Shown here piece by piece: positions 9,200-19,743 of a DNA stretch of 64,000 nt. The position numbers and the translations under genes were made by a program. Each line of letters starts with the position of its first letter. Position 1 is the stretch's first letter. Source of the DNA: Alphaproteobacteria bacterium (GTDB lineage: Bacteria; Pseudomonadota; Alphaproteobacteria; UBA828). Below the pieces are notes generated by a model. The model had not been told where the DNA came from. It saw nothing but the letters and a program-made list of their open reading frames with translations, and made no database searches. Location of the stretch: assembly GCA_965221125.1 (NCBI GenBank), contig CBDCRW010000003.1, positions 160,001 through 224,000 on the forward strand, read 5' to 3'.

Positions 9200-11278
9200 A
9201 TGGCCGAGGCTCCGCCGCCCGGCGACTTCCGGGTCTGTATCGATATCGGCGGCACGTTTACCGACTGCGTCGTCTCGGACGCGGACCAGCGCCTGCGTAT
9301 CTTCAAGACCCCGTCGACGCCCGCCGCGTTCGAGCTCGGCTTCATGAACGCGCTGAAGCTCGCGGCGGACGGCTACGGGCTGCCGCTCCCCGATTTCATG
9401 GCGCGCGTGGCCCGCATCGTCCACGGCACGACGGTCTCCACCAACGCGCTGCTGGAGGAGAAGCACGCGCCGGTCGGCCTGATCTGCACCCACGGCTTCC
9501 GCGACATCCTCACGCTGCGCGAGGCGCCGCGGAAGCCGCCCTTCCACTGGCGCCTCGCCTACCCCGAGCCCTTCGTGCCCCGCATCAGGACGCGCGGCGT
9601 GCGCGGGCGGATCGACGCCACCGGCGCGGAGCACACGCCGCTGGAAGAGGACGACGTGCGCGCGGCGGTCGAGGACTTTCGCAAGCTCGGCGTCGAGGCC
9701 GTCGCCGTCTGCCTGCTCTGGTCGGTGGTGAACGGCAACCACGAGCGGCGCGTCGGCGAGATCGTGCGCGAGGCCTGGCCCGAGGTCCCGGTCACGCTCA
9801 GCCACCGCCTCAATCCCATCGCCCGCGAGTATCGCCGCGCCGTCTCCGCCGCCATCGACGCCGCGCTCAGGCCGGTGGTGAGCGCCTACGTCCACGCGCT
9901 CGACCGGGGCCTGCGCAAGAGCGGCTACGGCAACGAGCTGATGATCGCCAATTGCCTGGGCGGGATGATGCCGCCGGACGAAATCGCCGAGCGGCCGATC
10001 TACAGCGTGATGTCGGGGCCGACGCTTGCGCCGGTCGCGGCAAAGCGGCTCGCGGATGCGCCCGATCTCGTGGTCGTCGACATGGGCGGCACCTCCTTCG
10101 ACGTCTCCGCCGTGCGCGACGGCCAGCTCGTCATCTCGCCCGAGGCGATGCTGACCGAGTTCGACATGCTGGGCATCCCCAAGGTGGACGTGCGCTCCGT
10201 GGGCGCGGGCGGCGGCTCGATCGCGCACGTGGACGCCGGCGGGCTGCTGCGCGTGGGGCCCGAGAGCGCCGGCGCGGACCCCGGCCCAGCCTGCTACGGC
10301 CTCGGCGGCATGCGGCCGACCGTCACCGACGCCGACGTGGTGCTCGGCATCATCGATCCCGACTACTTCCTCGGCGGCCGGATGCACCTCGACAGGGAAG
10401 CGGCGGAGCACGCGGTCGGCACCATCGCCGATGCGCTCGGCATCGGGCTTGCGGCTGCGGCCCGCGCCATCGCGAGTGCGGTCGATCACACCATGATCGC
10501 CGCCATCGAGGACATCACCGTGCAGGAGGGGATCGACCCGCGCGAGAGCTACTTCGTCGCCGGCGGCGGCGCCACCGCCGTGCACATGGGGCAGATGGCG
10601 CGCGTGCTCGGCATCAAGGGCTACATGGTGCCGAAATTCTCGGCGGGGCTCAGCGCTTTCGGCGGCCTCATCTCCGACATCGTGTGGGAGGAGACGGCGA
10701 CGCTGGTGACCGACGCCGCCCGCTTCGACGTGGACGGCGTCAATGGCTTGCTCGGCCAACTGGAGGAGCGCGGCCGCGCTTTCCTCGCGCGCGCAGGCAT
10801 CGCCGAGGCCGACCAGCGCTTCGAGTACGCCTATCTCGGCCGCTACCAGTACCAGTCATGGGAGATCGAAGTGCCGTTCGCTGCGGCGGACGGCGCCCTT
10901 GCGGCGAGCGACGTGGCCGGGCTCGCCGACGGCTTCCACCGGATGCACGAGCGCATCTACACCATCAAGAACGAGAACGACCTCGTCGAGTTCACCACCT
11001 GGAAGGTCCGCGCCATCGGGCCCGCGGCGGCCGACCTCGCGCCTGCGGAAGGCGCGGCGGCCGCGCAGGACGCGAAGCCCCACGGCACGCGCCTGATTCA
11101 CCTGCCCGGCCGGGGCGCGCCCGAGATTGTGCCGGTCTACCGCGGCGACGACCTCGCGCCCGGCGCCCGCATCGCGGGCCCGGCAATCGTCGAGGAAGCG
11201 ACCACCACCGTCCTCGTGCCGGAAGACGCCGAAGCCCTGACTGACCCCCTCGGCAACTACCGCGTGACGCTGGAATAA
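9200..11278 (+). CDS. Hydantoinase A / oxoprolinase family protein
   Basis: IDIGGTFTD, HGTTVSTNALLE, SGP, DMGGTSFDVS, GAGGGSIA, GPESAGADPGPACY. Confidence 0.93.
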   Translation: MAEAPPPGDFRVCIDIGGTFTDCVVSDADQRLRIFKTPSTPAAFELGFMNALKLAADGYGLPLPDFMARVARIVHGTTVSTNALLEEKHAPVGLICTHGFRDILTLREAPRKPPFHWRLAYPEPFVPRIRTRGVRGRIDATGAEHTPLEEDDVRAAVEDFRKLGVEAVAVCLLWSVVNGNHERRVGEIVREAWPEVPVTLSHRLNPIAREYRRAVSAAIDAALRPVVSAYVHALDRGLRKSGYGNELMIANCLGGMMPPDEIAERPIYSVMSGPTLAPVAAKRLADAPDLVVVDMGGTSFDVSAVRDGQLVISPEAMLTEFDMLGIPKVDVRSVGAGGGSIAHVDAGGLLRVGPESAGADPGPACYGLGGMRPTVTDADVVLGIIDPDYFLGGRMHLDREAAEHAVGTIADALGIGLAAAARAIASAVDHTMIAAIEDITVQEGIDPRESYFVAGGGATAVHMGQMARVLGIKGYMVPKFSAGLSAFGGLISDIVWEETATLVTDAARFDVDGVNGLLGQLEERGRAFLARAGIAEADQRFEYAYLGRYQYQSWEIEVPFAAADGALAASDVAGLADGFHRMHERIYTIKNENDLVEFTTWKVRAIGPAAADLAPAEGAAAAQDAKPHGTRLIHLPGRGAPEIVPVYRGDDLAPGARIAGPAIVEEATTTVLVPEDAEALTDPLGNYRVTLE

Positions 11279-11284
11279 CCGAAC

Positions 11285-12127
11285 TCAGGGCTTTCGGCCG
11301 ATTGCGGCGCCCCAAGCGAAGGCGGCGAAGGCGCCGGGCTCCTCCATCCATTCGTCGAGCGAACGGCGCCAGCGCTCGAACTGCTCCTCGCTCGCCAGCC
11401 CGTGCTTGATGGCCGCCGCCATGGTGAGCGGCGAGAAGAACCAGCCGACGATCAGGCCATGGAGAAAGCCCAGGTCGTCGGCCGTGTCGTACGTCTCGAA
11501 GGAGGCGGAGGCGCGAACGTCGACGAACCCGGCCTCGACGAACGCGGCCTTCAGCTCCCTGCCCATCTGCGGGTGGCCGCCGTTGGCCGCGAGCAGCTTG
11601 AGGAAGGTCGCCCACACGGTCTCGCCGATGATGCCGCCGATGTCGCGCGCGGGCTCGACGAAGGACGAATCGCCGAATACCTCGCGCGCGGCGAACAGCC
11701 CGCCCGGCTTCAGCACCCGCTTCACCTCGGCCAGCACCGCCTGCGTAGCCGGCGCATGGTTGAGCAGGGCGTGGCAGTGGACCACGTCGAACGAGGCGTC
11801 GTCGAAGGGAAGGCCGGTCGCGTCGCCGGTCCGGAACGAGGCGTTGTCGTGCCCGCCGGCCTTGGCAGCGGCGTTGGCCATCTCGACCTGCGTCTCCTCC
11901 ATGTCCACGCCGTCCACCGTGCCGGGCGCCACCGCCTCCGCCAGGCCTACGGAAATCGTGCCGGGCCCGCAGCCGAGGTCGAGCAGGCGCATGCCGGGCC
12001 TGAGGTGCGGCAGCAGGTGAGCGGCGCAGTCCGCCGCGTTTCGCCGCTCCAGCATCTTTCGGAATTCCGGGCCGTAGCCCATCGTGTAGGTGGGCGTGGA
12101 CTCGCTCGCCGATTCGTCGCGGCTCAT
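11285..12127 (-). CDS. Class I SAM-dependent methyltransferase (UbiE-like)
   Basis: LLDLGCGPGTIS, GDATGLPFDDASFDVV, RVLKPGG. Confidence 0.9.
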   Translation of the reverse strand: MSRDESASESTPTYTMGYGPEFRKMLERRNAADCAAHLLPHLRPGMRLLDLGCGPGTISVGLAEAVAPGTVDGVDMEETQVEMANAAAKAGGHDNASFRTGDATGLPFDDASFDVVHCHALLNHAPATQAVLAEVKRVLKPGGLFAAREVFGDSSFVEPARDIGGIIGETVWATFLKLLAANGGHPQMGRELKAAFVEAGFVDVRASASFETYDTADDLGFLHGLIVGWFFSPLTMAAAIKHGLASEEQFERWRRSLDEWMEEPGAFAAFAWGAAIGRKP

Positions 12128-12230
12128 GAGAGGCTCCTTGGTTCGTCCTGCTTGAATTGACATTTGAGAAACGTTTTGCACCGTATTCAATTAATTGATA
12201 AGCGCCGGCCCGGCAAAAGGAGGCGTTCAG

Positions 12231-12362
12231 GTGACGAAGACTCTCGACGGTGCCTGCCATTGCGGCGCGATCGGCGTCGCGCTCGAAGTGGAGGACGTGC
12301 CGGGACGGCTCGCGCGGCGCAAGCAGCGCTGGATCTCCAACGTCACCATCGTCGAGGGCTGA
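12231..12362 (+). pseudogene. Internally deleted GFA/CENP-V family gene remnant (43 aa)
   Basis: AAGGAGG RBS, GTG start; translates VTKTLDGACHCGAIGVALEVEDVPGRLARRKQRWISNVTIVEG*. The N-terminal GxCHCG is joined directly to a family-like C-terminus and the central CxCxxC core is missing. Confidence 0.7.
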
Positions 12363-12379
12363 CCGACAGCCCTTTCGAG

Positions 12380-13201
12380 CTAGAGGCCGGACAGGAACTC
12401 CGCCAGGATTTCGTTGAACCTGTCGGGATACTCCCAGAACATCATGTGCCCGCCGAAGGCGTCGACGCGCGCGTTGGGGCAGTGCTTCGCCAGGAAAGGC
12501 CTTGCCGTCTCGGCCCAGTGGTCGGCGACGAAGAAGACGGAAGGAATCTCCGTGTCCACCTGCTTCGCCTCCTCCAGGTAGTTGGCGAAGCACACGTCGG
12601 CGATGAGGTTGGCGGCGATGAGCGGCGGCGTCGCCAGCGACTGCTCGACCACCCACGCGGTCACTTCCGGCGTCAGCTCGCCTTCGATCATGATGTTGTC
12701 GGCGTACCAGGTGACGACGGCGCGCTGCCCCTGCGCGGTCTGCACTCCCTGGAAGAACCCGGCGAGAGCGTCGATCGCCCCCTCGACCCAGTCGCTCGTC
12801 TCGTAGCTCATCCCGAGCGGCGGCATGTCGACGGAGACCAGGCCCCGGATGCCGCCGGTGCCCCGATTGCGGACGTGGTGCCAGGCGGTGAGCGAACCCG
12901 CCGACCAGCCGACGAGAACCGGGTTCTCCACGGACAGGTGATCGAGGAGCGCGGCCAGATCGGCGGCCTGGGTGGCGTAGTTGTTGCCGTCGCTGGTCAC
13001 GGTCGAGCGCCCGTGACTGCGCGGGTCGAACGAGATGACCCGATGGGTGCCCGCGAACGCTGCGAACTGGTGGTCGAACACCCGGGTGGTGAAGGTCCAG
13101 CCGGGGATCAGGACGAGCGGAGGTCCCTCCCCCTCGTCCTCGTAGTAGATGTCGACGCCGGGCGCGACTTCGACGTAAGAGCCGATGCGTTGAGCGGTCA
13201 T
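12380..13201 (-). CDS. Alpha/beta hydrolase (non-heme haloperoxidase/esterase-like)
   Basis: YYEDEGEGPPLVLIPGW, DPRSHGRS, GWSAG nucleophile elbow, GGHMMFWEYPDRFN. Confidence 0.9.
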   Translation of the reverse strand: MTAQRIGSYVEVAPGVDIYYEDEGEGPPLVLIPGWTFTTRVFDHQFAAFAGTHRVISFDPRSHGRSTVTSDGNNYATQAADLAALLDHLSVENPVLVGWSAGSLTAWHHVRNRGTGGIRGLVSVDMPPLGMSYETSDWVEGAIDALAGFFQGVQTAQGQRAVVTWYADNIMIEGELTPEVTAWVVEQSLATPPLIAANLIADVCFANYLEEAKQVDTEIPSVFFVADHWAETARPFLAKHCPNARVDAFGGHMMFWEYPDRFNEILAEFLSGL

Positions 13202-13240
13202 GCTCCCTCCTGCCAAGGGCCGGTCGGCTGCGCTCTGCCG

Positions 13241-14254
13241 TCAGCCGCTGCGATAGATGTAGCTGTAGGCGTTGATCGCCGGCACGCCGCCGAGATGAGC
13301 GTAGAGCACCCGCGAGCCGGCCGGGAAAAAACCCGTCCGCACGAGGTCGATCATGCCCTGCATGGATTTCCCCTCGTAGACGGGGTCCGTCATCATCCCC
13401 TCAAGGCGCGCCGCGAGACGGATCGCCTCGTTGGTCTCCGCCGACGGCACGCCGTAGTTGGGATAGGCGTAGTTCTCCAGCAGGACCAGATCCTCATCGG
13501 CGATCTCGCGGCCGAGTTCCACGAGGTCCGCCGTGTTGCGCGCGATGTCCATGACCTGCGCACGGGTCTCCGCCGGCGTCGCGGACGCATCGATGCCGAT
13601 GACCCTGTCGGCGCGCCCGTCCCTGGCGAAGCCCACGAGCATGCCGGCATGGGTGGAGCCCGTGACGGTGCAGACGACGACGTAGTCGAACGTGAAGCCG
13701 AGCTCCTGCTCCTGCGCCCTCACCTCTTCGGCGAAGCCGACGTAACCGAGGCCGCCGAACTTGTGGACCGACGCGCCGGCCGGGATGGGATAGGGCTTCC
13801 CTCCCTGCGCCTTCACATCCTCGATCGCCTTCAGCCAGCTCTCGCGAATGCCGATGTCGAAGCCTTCGTTGACCAGCTCGATTTCCGCGCCCATCACGCG
13901 GCTCATCAGGATGTTGCCGACCCGGTCGTAGACGGCGTCCTCGAACGGCACCCAGCTCTCCTGCACGAGGCGGCACTTCATGCCGAGCTTGGCGGCGACG
14001 GCGGCGACCTGGCGCGTGTGGTTGGACTGCACGCCCCCGATGGTGACGAGCGTATCGGCGTTGGACGCGATGGCGTCGGGCACGATGTACTCGAGCTTGC
14101 GGATCTTGTTGCCGCCAAAGGCGAGGCCCGAGTTGCAGTCGTCCCGCTTGGCGTAGAGCTGGACGGCGCCGCCCAGGTGGTCGGACAACCGGCCCAGATG
14201 CTCGATGGGCGTCGGCCCAAAGGTCAGGGGATAGCGCTCGAACTTCTCCAGCAT
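13241..14254 (-). CDS. acdS: 1-aminocyclopropane-1-carboxylate deaminase
   Basis: [53 protein letters not shown] and YAHLGG (the Glu/Leu pair that distinguishes AcdS from D-cysteine desulfhydrase). Confidence 0.95.
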   Translation of the reverse strand: MLEKFERYPLTFGPTPIEHLGRLSDHLGGAVQLYAKRDDCNSGLAFGGNKIRKLEYIVPDAIASNADTLVTIGGVQSNHTRQVAAVAAKLGMKCRLVQESWVPFEDAVYDRVGNILMSRVMGAEIELVNEGFDIGIRESWLKAIEDVKAQGGKPYPIPAGASVHKFGGLGYVGFAEEVRAQEQELGFTFDYVVVCTVTGSTHAGMLVGFARDGRADRVIGIDASATPAETRAQVMDIARNTADLVELGREIADEDLVLLENYAYPNYGVPSAETNEAIRLAARLEGMMTDPVYEGKSMQGMIDLVRTGFFPAGSRVLYAHLGGVPAINAYSYIYRSG

Positions 14255-14443
14255 TCCGTCCGCAAGCTCCCTCGAAGGGCGGCGTCCTCCGCACAATCCC
14301 AACACAACCGCCCCCGCCGCGTCCACTGTCGGACGCCCGTGGCGCCGAAGCCGCTCAAGGCGGCACCGTTCCCAGGGAGCAGGAAACGACTATGCTGCCC
14401 GTGCACTTCGATGAGTACACAAGCGGGTGTCGAGGCGCGGACC

Positions 14444-15790
14444 GTGCCGGATCGGGAGAGCGACAGGCTGAGCGGGCGCGTGCGCCGCTATGCGCGGGTC
14501 GGCACACGGGTCGGCGGCGTGGCGGCGCGCATCGCGGGCCAGCGCTATCTCGGCCTGCCCGCCGACCGGGAGCGCAACGCCGCCGAGCTCAAGCGCGCGT
14601 TGGGCGGCCTCAAGGGGCCGCTGATGAAGGTCGCGCAGCTGCTGGCGACAGTCCCCGGCGGGCTGCCGGACGAGTACGCCGAGGCGCTCGGCGCGCTGCA
14701 GTCGCAGGCGCCCGCGATGGGCTGGAGCTTCGTCAAGCGCCGCATGGCCGCCGAGCTCGGCTCCGACTGGCGCGCGGCCTTCGCCGAATTCGAACCGGAC
14801 GCGGCGGCCGCGGCCTCCCTCGGCCAGGTGCACCGCGCCACGGCTCATGACGGCACGCCGCTCGCCTGCAAGCTGCAGTACCCGGACATGGCGTCGGCGG
14901 TCGCGGCGGACATCCGCCAGCTCAAGCTCATCTTCGCCGTCTACGCCCGCTACGACCGGGCCATCGATACCGGCGAGATCCACGCCGAGATCGCGGCCCG
15001 GCTCCGCGAGGAGCTCGACTACGAGCGCGAGGCCGGGCACATGGCGCTCTACGGCGAGATGCTGAAGGACGATCCGGGCGTCCACGTGCCGGTGGTCGAG
15101 ACCGCGCTTTCCACCGGGCGGCTGCTCACCATGAACTGGCTCGACGGCGCCCGCCTGCTGGACTTCACCGAGGCCCCGCTGGAGCGGCGCAACGATATCG
15201 CGCTGCACATGTTCAGCGCCTGGTACGTGCCGCTCTACCGCTTCGGCGTGCTCCACGGCGACCCGCACCTCGGCAACTACACCGTGCGCGAGGACGGCAC
15301 GATCAACCTCCTCGATTACGGCTGCATCCGCGTGTTCGACAGCCGCTTCGTCCACGGCATCATCGACCTCTACCACGCGGTGCGGGACGACGACCGCGAC
15401 CTCGCGGTGCACGCCTACGAGACCTGGGGCTTCAGCGACCTCACCAACGACATGGTGGACGCGCTCAACATCTGGGCACACTACATCTACGGGCCGCTGA
15501 TCGACGACCGCGTCCGCATGATCGACGAATCCGGCAACGCGCACTACGGCGGCGCGGTCGCGGCCAGGACGCACCGGGAGATCCGCCGTCTCGGCGGCGT
15601 CACCCCACCACGCGAGTTCGTGCTGATCGACCGCTCGGCGATCGGGCTGGGCTCGGTCTTCCTCCACCTCAAGGCCGAGCTCAACTGGCATCGGCTCTAC
15701 GAGGAGCTGATTGCCGATTTCGAGGCCGCCCGGCTCACGCGCCGCCAGACCGCTGCACTGGAGCGCTGCGGCGTGCCCGAGGCCGCCTGA
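14444..15790 (+). CDS. AarF/ABC1/UbiB atypical kinase family protein
   Basis: LKGPLMKVAQ, AAASLGQVHRA, KLQYP, EELDY, HGDPHLGN, LDYGC; start could also be ATG 14411. Confidence 0.92.
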   Translation: MPDRESDRLSGRVRRYARVGTRVGGVAARIAGQRYLGLPADRERNAAELKRALGGLKGPLMKVAQLLATVPGGLPDEYAEALGALQSQAPAMGWSFVKRRMAAELGSDWRAAFAEFEPDAAAAASLGQVHRATAHDGTPLACKLQYPDMASAVAADIRQLKLIFAVYARYDRAIDTGEIHAEIAARLREELDYEREAGHMALYGEMLKDDPGVHVPVVETALSTGRLLTMNWLDGARLLDFTEAPLERRNDIALHMFSAWYVPLYRFGVLHGDPHLGNYTVREDGTINLLDYGCIRVFDSRFVHGIIDLYHAVRDDDRDLAVHAYETWGFSDLTNDMVDALNIWAHYIYGPLIDDRVRMIDESGNAHYGGAVAARTHREIRRLGGVTPPREFVLIDRSAIGLGSVFLHLKAELNWHRLYEELIADFEAARLTRRQTAALERCGVPEAA

Positions 15791-15920
15791 CGGCCGCCTG
15801 GCGCACGCTTCCGCCCCCCACCCGACCTTCCGTGAAAACGCGCGCACCGGGCCTTGGCAAACGGCATCGGGCGGGGCATTGTGACGCCGCGCCCGGGCAG
15901 GCGGAGTCGTCGGTGCAGGC

Positions 15921-17072
15921 ATGAGGATCGGGGTTCCGAAGGAGATTGTCCCGGGCGAGACCCGCATCGCCGCGTCACCGGATTCCATCAGGAAATTCAC
16001 CACGCTCGGCGTGGACGTGCTGGTGGAATGCGGCGCCGGTGCAGGCGCCCAGATGTCGGACGAAGAGCTGACGGAAGCCGGCGCGCAGATCGCCCCCGAC
16101 GCGAAGACGATTTACGGCGAGGCCGACCTCGTCACCAAGGTCCGCGCGCCGCTCACGGACGGGAACGCGCTGGACGAGCTCGCCCTGGTGAGGCCGGAGG
16201 CGGTGCTGGTCGGGCTGCTTGCGCCCCTGCAGCAGCGCGAGATGGTCGCCCGCTACGCCGAACGCGGCGTCACCTCCTTCGCCATGGAGCTGATCCCGCG
16301 CATCAGCCGCGCGCAGTCCATGGATGCGCTCTCATCCCAGAGCAACATCGCGGGCTACAAGGCCGTGATCGACGCGGCCGAGCATTTCGGCCGCATCCTG
16401 CCCATGATGATGACGGCGGCCGGCACCGTAGCGCCGGCGCGGGTGGTGGTGCTCGGCGCGGGCGTGGCCGGGCTGCAGGCGATCGCGACCGCCAAGCGCC
16501 TCGGCGCGCTGGTCTCGGCCTTCGACGTGCGGCCGGCGGTCAAGGAGCAGGTGGAAAGCCTCGGCGCCAAGTTCGTCTCCGTCGATGCCGACGCCGCGGA
16601 TGCGGAGACCGCAGGCGGCTACGCCAGGGAGATGGACGACGCGTACAAGGAACGGCAATCCGCGCTCATCCACGAGACGCTGGCCAGGCAGGACATCTGC
16701 ATCACGACGGCGCAGATTCCCGGCAGGCCCGCTCCCGAGCTCATCACCGAGGCGATGGTCGAAGACATGAAGCCCGGCTCCGTGATCGTCGACCTCGCCG
16801 TCGAGACCGGCGGCAACTGCGCGCTCAGCGCCTACGACCAGGTGGTCGTGCGCCACGGCGTGACCATCATCGGCCACGCCAACTATCCCGCGCGGGTGCC
16901 GGTCGATACCAGCACGCTCTATGCGCGCAACCTCTTCAACTTCATCGAGCCGATGATCGACCGGGAGAGCGGCGCGCTCGCCATCGACTGGGAGGACGAG
17001 GTGATACGGGGCGCCCTGCTGACGAAGGGCGGCGACGTGGTGAACCCGGCGCTTCAAGGGGGAGAGATGTAA
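15921..17072 (+). CDS. pntAA: NAD(P) transhydrogenase subunit alpha, part 1
   Basis: [48 protein letters not shown]. Confidence 0.96.
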   Translation: MRIGVPKEIVPGETRIAASPDSIRKFTTLGVDVLVECGAGAGAQMSDEELTEAGAQIAPDAKTIYGEADLVTKVRAPLTDGNALDELALVRPEAVLVGLLAPLQQREMVARYAERGVTSFAMELIPRISRAQSMDALSSQSNIAGYKAVIDAAEHFGRILPMMMTAAGTVAPARVVVLGAGVAGLQAIATAKRLGALVSAFDVRPAVKEQVESLGAKFVSVDADAADAETAGGYAREMDDAYKERQSALIHETLARQDICITTAQIPGRPAPELITEAMVEDMKPGSVIVDLAVETGGNCALSAYDQVVVRHGVTIIGHANYPARVPVDTSTLYARNLFNFIEPMIDRESGALAIDWEDEVIRGALLTKGGDVVNPALQGGEM

Positions 17073-17074
17073 CC

Positions 17075-17377
17075 GTGGAGGCGGTGCTCGAGCTTCATCC
17101 GCTGGTCATTGCGGTCACGGTCTTCGTGCTCGCGGTGTTCATCGGCTACTACGTGGTGTGGAGCGTCACGCCCGCGCTGCATACGCCGCTCATGTCGGTC
17201 ACCAACGCGATTTCGAGCGTGATCATCGTGGGCGCGCTGCTGGCGGCGACGCCGGCCGAGGGCAGCGTCCTGGCCAAGATATTCGGCGGCGTCGCCGTGG
17301 GACTTGCCGCGGTCAATATATTCGGGGGCTTCACGGTCACCCAGCGCATGCTCGTGATGTTCAAGAAGAAGAAATAG
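17075..17377 (+). CDS. pntAB: NAD(P) transhydrogenase subunit alpha, part 2 (membrane)
   Basis: GTG at 17075; [23 protein letters not shown]...[13 protein letters not shown]. Confidence 0.95.
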   Translation: MEAVLELHPLVIAVTVFVLAVFIGYYVVWSVTPALHTPLMSVTNAISSVIIVGALLAATPAEGSVLAKIFGGVAVGLAAVNIFGGFTVTQRMLVMFKKKK

Positions 17378-17389
17378 GCGGCGCGTCTG

Positions 17390-18772
17390 ATGACCTCCAA
17401 TCTGGCGGCGATCCTCTACCTGATCGCCGGCGTCTGCTTCATCATGGCGCTGCGGGGCCTGTCCTCGCCCGCGACCGCGCGCAGCGGCAACATCTTCGGC
17501 ATCGCCGGCATGGTGATCGCCATCGGCACGACCCTCGGCCAGCCGGGGGTCGACGACTACCTGTGGATCGGCGTCGGCATCGTCGTCGGCGGGCTGATCG
17601 GCACGGTGATCGCCCTCCGCATCCGCATGACTGCGATGCCGCAGCTCGTGGCCGCCTTCCACAGCCTGGTGGGGCTGGCCGCGGTGCTCGTCGCCGGCGC
17701 CGCGCTCTATGCGCCGGAGACCTTCCACATCGGCACGCCCGGCGACATCAGGCTGGTGAGCCGCATCGAGATGAGCTTCGGCGTGGTGATCGGCGCGCTC
17801 ACCTTCACCGGCTCGGTCGTCGCCTTCGCCAAGCTGCAGGAGCTGATGACCGGCGCGCCGCTGGTCTTTCGCGGCCAGCACATGCTCAACCTCGCGCTCA
17901 TCATCGCCATCATCGCCCTCGGCGCGGTCTTTTCCGTCGAGCAGCAGGAGAGCGTGTTCTGGGCCATGACCGGCCTCGCGCTGATCTTCGGCGTGCTGCT
18001 CATCGTCCCCATTGGCGGCGCCGACATGCCGGTGGTGATCTCGATGCTGAACTCGTACTCGGGATGGGCGGCGGCGGGCATCGGCTTCACCCTCGAGAAC
18101 ACGGTGCTCATCATCGTCGGCGCGCTGGTGGGCTCGGCCGGCGCGATCCTCAGCTACATCATGTGCCGCGCGATGAACCGCTCCTTCATCAGCGTGATCC
18201 TGGGCGGCTTCGGCACCGATTCCGCGCGTGCCGTGACGGCGACCGACCGCACCCACAAGGCCGGCAGCGCCGACGATGCCGCCTTCATCATGCGCAACGC
18301 GGGCACCGTGGTGATCGTGCCGGGCTACGGCCTCGCCGTCGCCCAGGCGCAGCATGCGTTGCGTGAGATGGCTGGCCTCCTCCAGAAGGAAGGGGTCGAC
18401 GTTCGCTACGCGATCCATCCCGTTGCCGGCCGCATGCCGGGCCACATGAACGTGCTGCTGGCCGAGGCCAACGTCCCCTACGACGAGGTCTTCGAGCTGG
18501 AGGACATCAACAGCGACATGCCCAACACCGACGTCGCCCTCGTGATCGGCGCCAACGACGTGGTCAATCCGGTGGCGAAGACGGATCCGCAGAGCCCCAT
18601 CGCAGGCATGCCGATCCTCGACGTGGAGCTCTGCAAGACGGTGCTGTTCGTCAAGCGCTCGCTGGCGCCCGGCTACGCGGGCATCGACAACCCGGTGTTC
18701 TACCGGGACAACACGATGATGCTCTTCGGCGACGCCAAGAAGATGGTCGAGGAAATCGTCAAGTCCCTCTGA
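17390..18772 (+). CDS. pntB: NAD(P) transhydrogenase subunit beta
   Basis: MTAMPQLVAAFHSLVG, IGGADMPVVISMLNSYSGWA, HPVAGRMPGHMNVLLAEA. Confidence 0.97.
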   Translation: MTSNLAAILYLIAGVCFIMALRGLSSPATARSGNIFGIAGMVIAIGTTLGQPGVDDYLWIGVGIVVGGLIGTVIALRIRMTAMPQLVAAFHSLVGLAAVLVAGAALYAPETFHIGTPGDIRLVSRIEMSFGVVIGALTFTGSVVAFAKLQELMTGAPLVFRGQHMLNLALIIAIIALGAVFSVEQQESVFWAMTGLALIFGVLLIVPIGGADMPVVISMLNSYSGWAAAGIGFTLENTVLIIVGALVGSAGAILSYIMCRAMNRSFISVILGGFGTDSARAVTATDRTHKAGSADDAAFIMRNAGTVVIVPGYGLAVAQAQHALREMAGLLQKEGVDVRYAIHPVAGRMPGHMNVLLAEANVPYDEVFELEDINSDMPNTDVALVIGANDVVNPVAKTDPQSPIAGMPILDVELCKTVLFVKRSLAPGYAGIDNPVFYRDNTMMLFGDAKKMVEEIVKSL

Positions 18773-18879
18773 CCCTGTAATCTCTCATTTGGAATTGGGT
18801 CAGGCCACGCAGCCCTGCCGCGCGCGGCCAACAAAGCGGGAAATCTCAGGAAACGGCACCGCCCTACGCGGGGCGGCGA

Positions 18880-19083
18880 TTACTCTTCGCGCTGCGCGCG
18901 CTTGCGGGCGAGTTTCCGGGCACGCCGGACCGCCTCTGCCTTCTCCCGCGCCCGCCGCTCCGAGGGTTTCTCGTAGTGGCGGCGCATCTTCATTTCCCGG
19001 AAGATTCCTTCGCGCTGCATCTTTTTCTTGAGTGCTTTCAGCGCCTGATCGACATTGTTTTCGCGTACGACGACGTGAACCAA
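18880..19083 (-). CDS. rpsU: 30S ribosomal protein S21
   Basis: [29 protein letters not shown]...YEKPSE, alphaproteobacterial type; TTG start. Confidence 0.97.
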   Translation of the reverse strand: MVHVVVRENNVDQALKALKKKMQREGIFREMKMRRHYEKPSERRAREKAEAVRRARKLARKRAQREE

Positions 19084-19247
19084 AATTCTGCTTCCCTTCG
19101 CAAGATTTCGGGTTTCATTGCGGAGCGCGCGGCTCTATAGCACGCGTCGCCCACGCTGTGAAGGCGGCAGGCGCCCTGCCCGCGGCCGCTCACGAGGGCT
19201 AGAGTAGCACGGCGCGCGCGCCTTGCGGGCGGGAAAGGATGAACGCC

Positions 19248-19739
19248 ATGACCGAGACCACCGCCCAGGTCGGGATCATCATGGGGAGCCAGTCGGACTG
19301 GGAAACCATGCGCCATGCCGCGGACGCGCTGGAGGCGCTGGGCGTGGCGTTCGAAACGCGCATCGTCTCCGCCCACCGCACGCCCCGACGGCTCTATGCC
19401 TACGCCGAGGGCGCACGCGAGCGCGGGCTCAAGGTCGTGATCGCGGGCGCGGGCGGCGCAGCGCACCTGCCCGGCATGACCGCCTCGATGACCCCCCTCC
19501 CCGTGATCGGCGTCCCGGTCGAGAGCAAGAGCCTGAAGGGGATGGACAGCCTGCTCTCCATCGTCCAGATGCCGGCGGGCGTCCCCGTCGGCACTGTCGC
19601 CATCGGGCGCGCGGGCGCGGTCAACGCGGCGCTGCTTGCCGCCGCCATCGTGGCCCTCGGCGATGAGCGGGTGGCCGCCGCGCTCGACGAATGGCGGGCC
19701 AACCAGACCGCAGCGGTCGCCGAGACGCCGCAGTCCTGA
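19248..19739 (+). CDS. purE: N5-CAIR mutase
   Basis: [38 protein letters not shown]. Confidence 0.97.
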   Translation: MTETTAQVGIIMGSQSDWETMRHAADALEALGVAFETRIVSAHRTPRRLYAYAEGARERGLKVVIAGAGGAAHLPGMTASMTPLPVIGVPVESKSLKGMDSLLSIVQMPAGVPVGTVAIGRAGAVNAALLAAAIVALGDERVAAALDEWRANQTAAVAETPQS

Positions 19740-19743
19740 TCCC

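Noticed and set aside
7277-10759. 1160-aa minus-strand ORF and 1217-aa alternative-frame ORF (7591-11244)
   Set aside because: Shadow ORFs of the hydantoinase genes caused by high GC; no motifs
12164-15790. Apparent 1208-aa kinase fusion
   Set aside because: Only the last ~450 aa is the ABC1 kinase; the rest is antisense to acdS and the hydrolase
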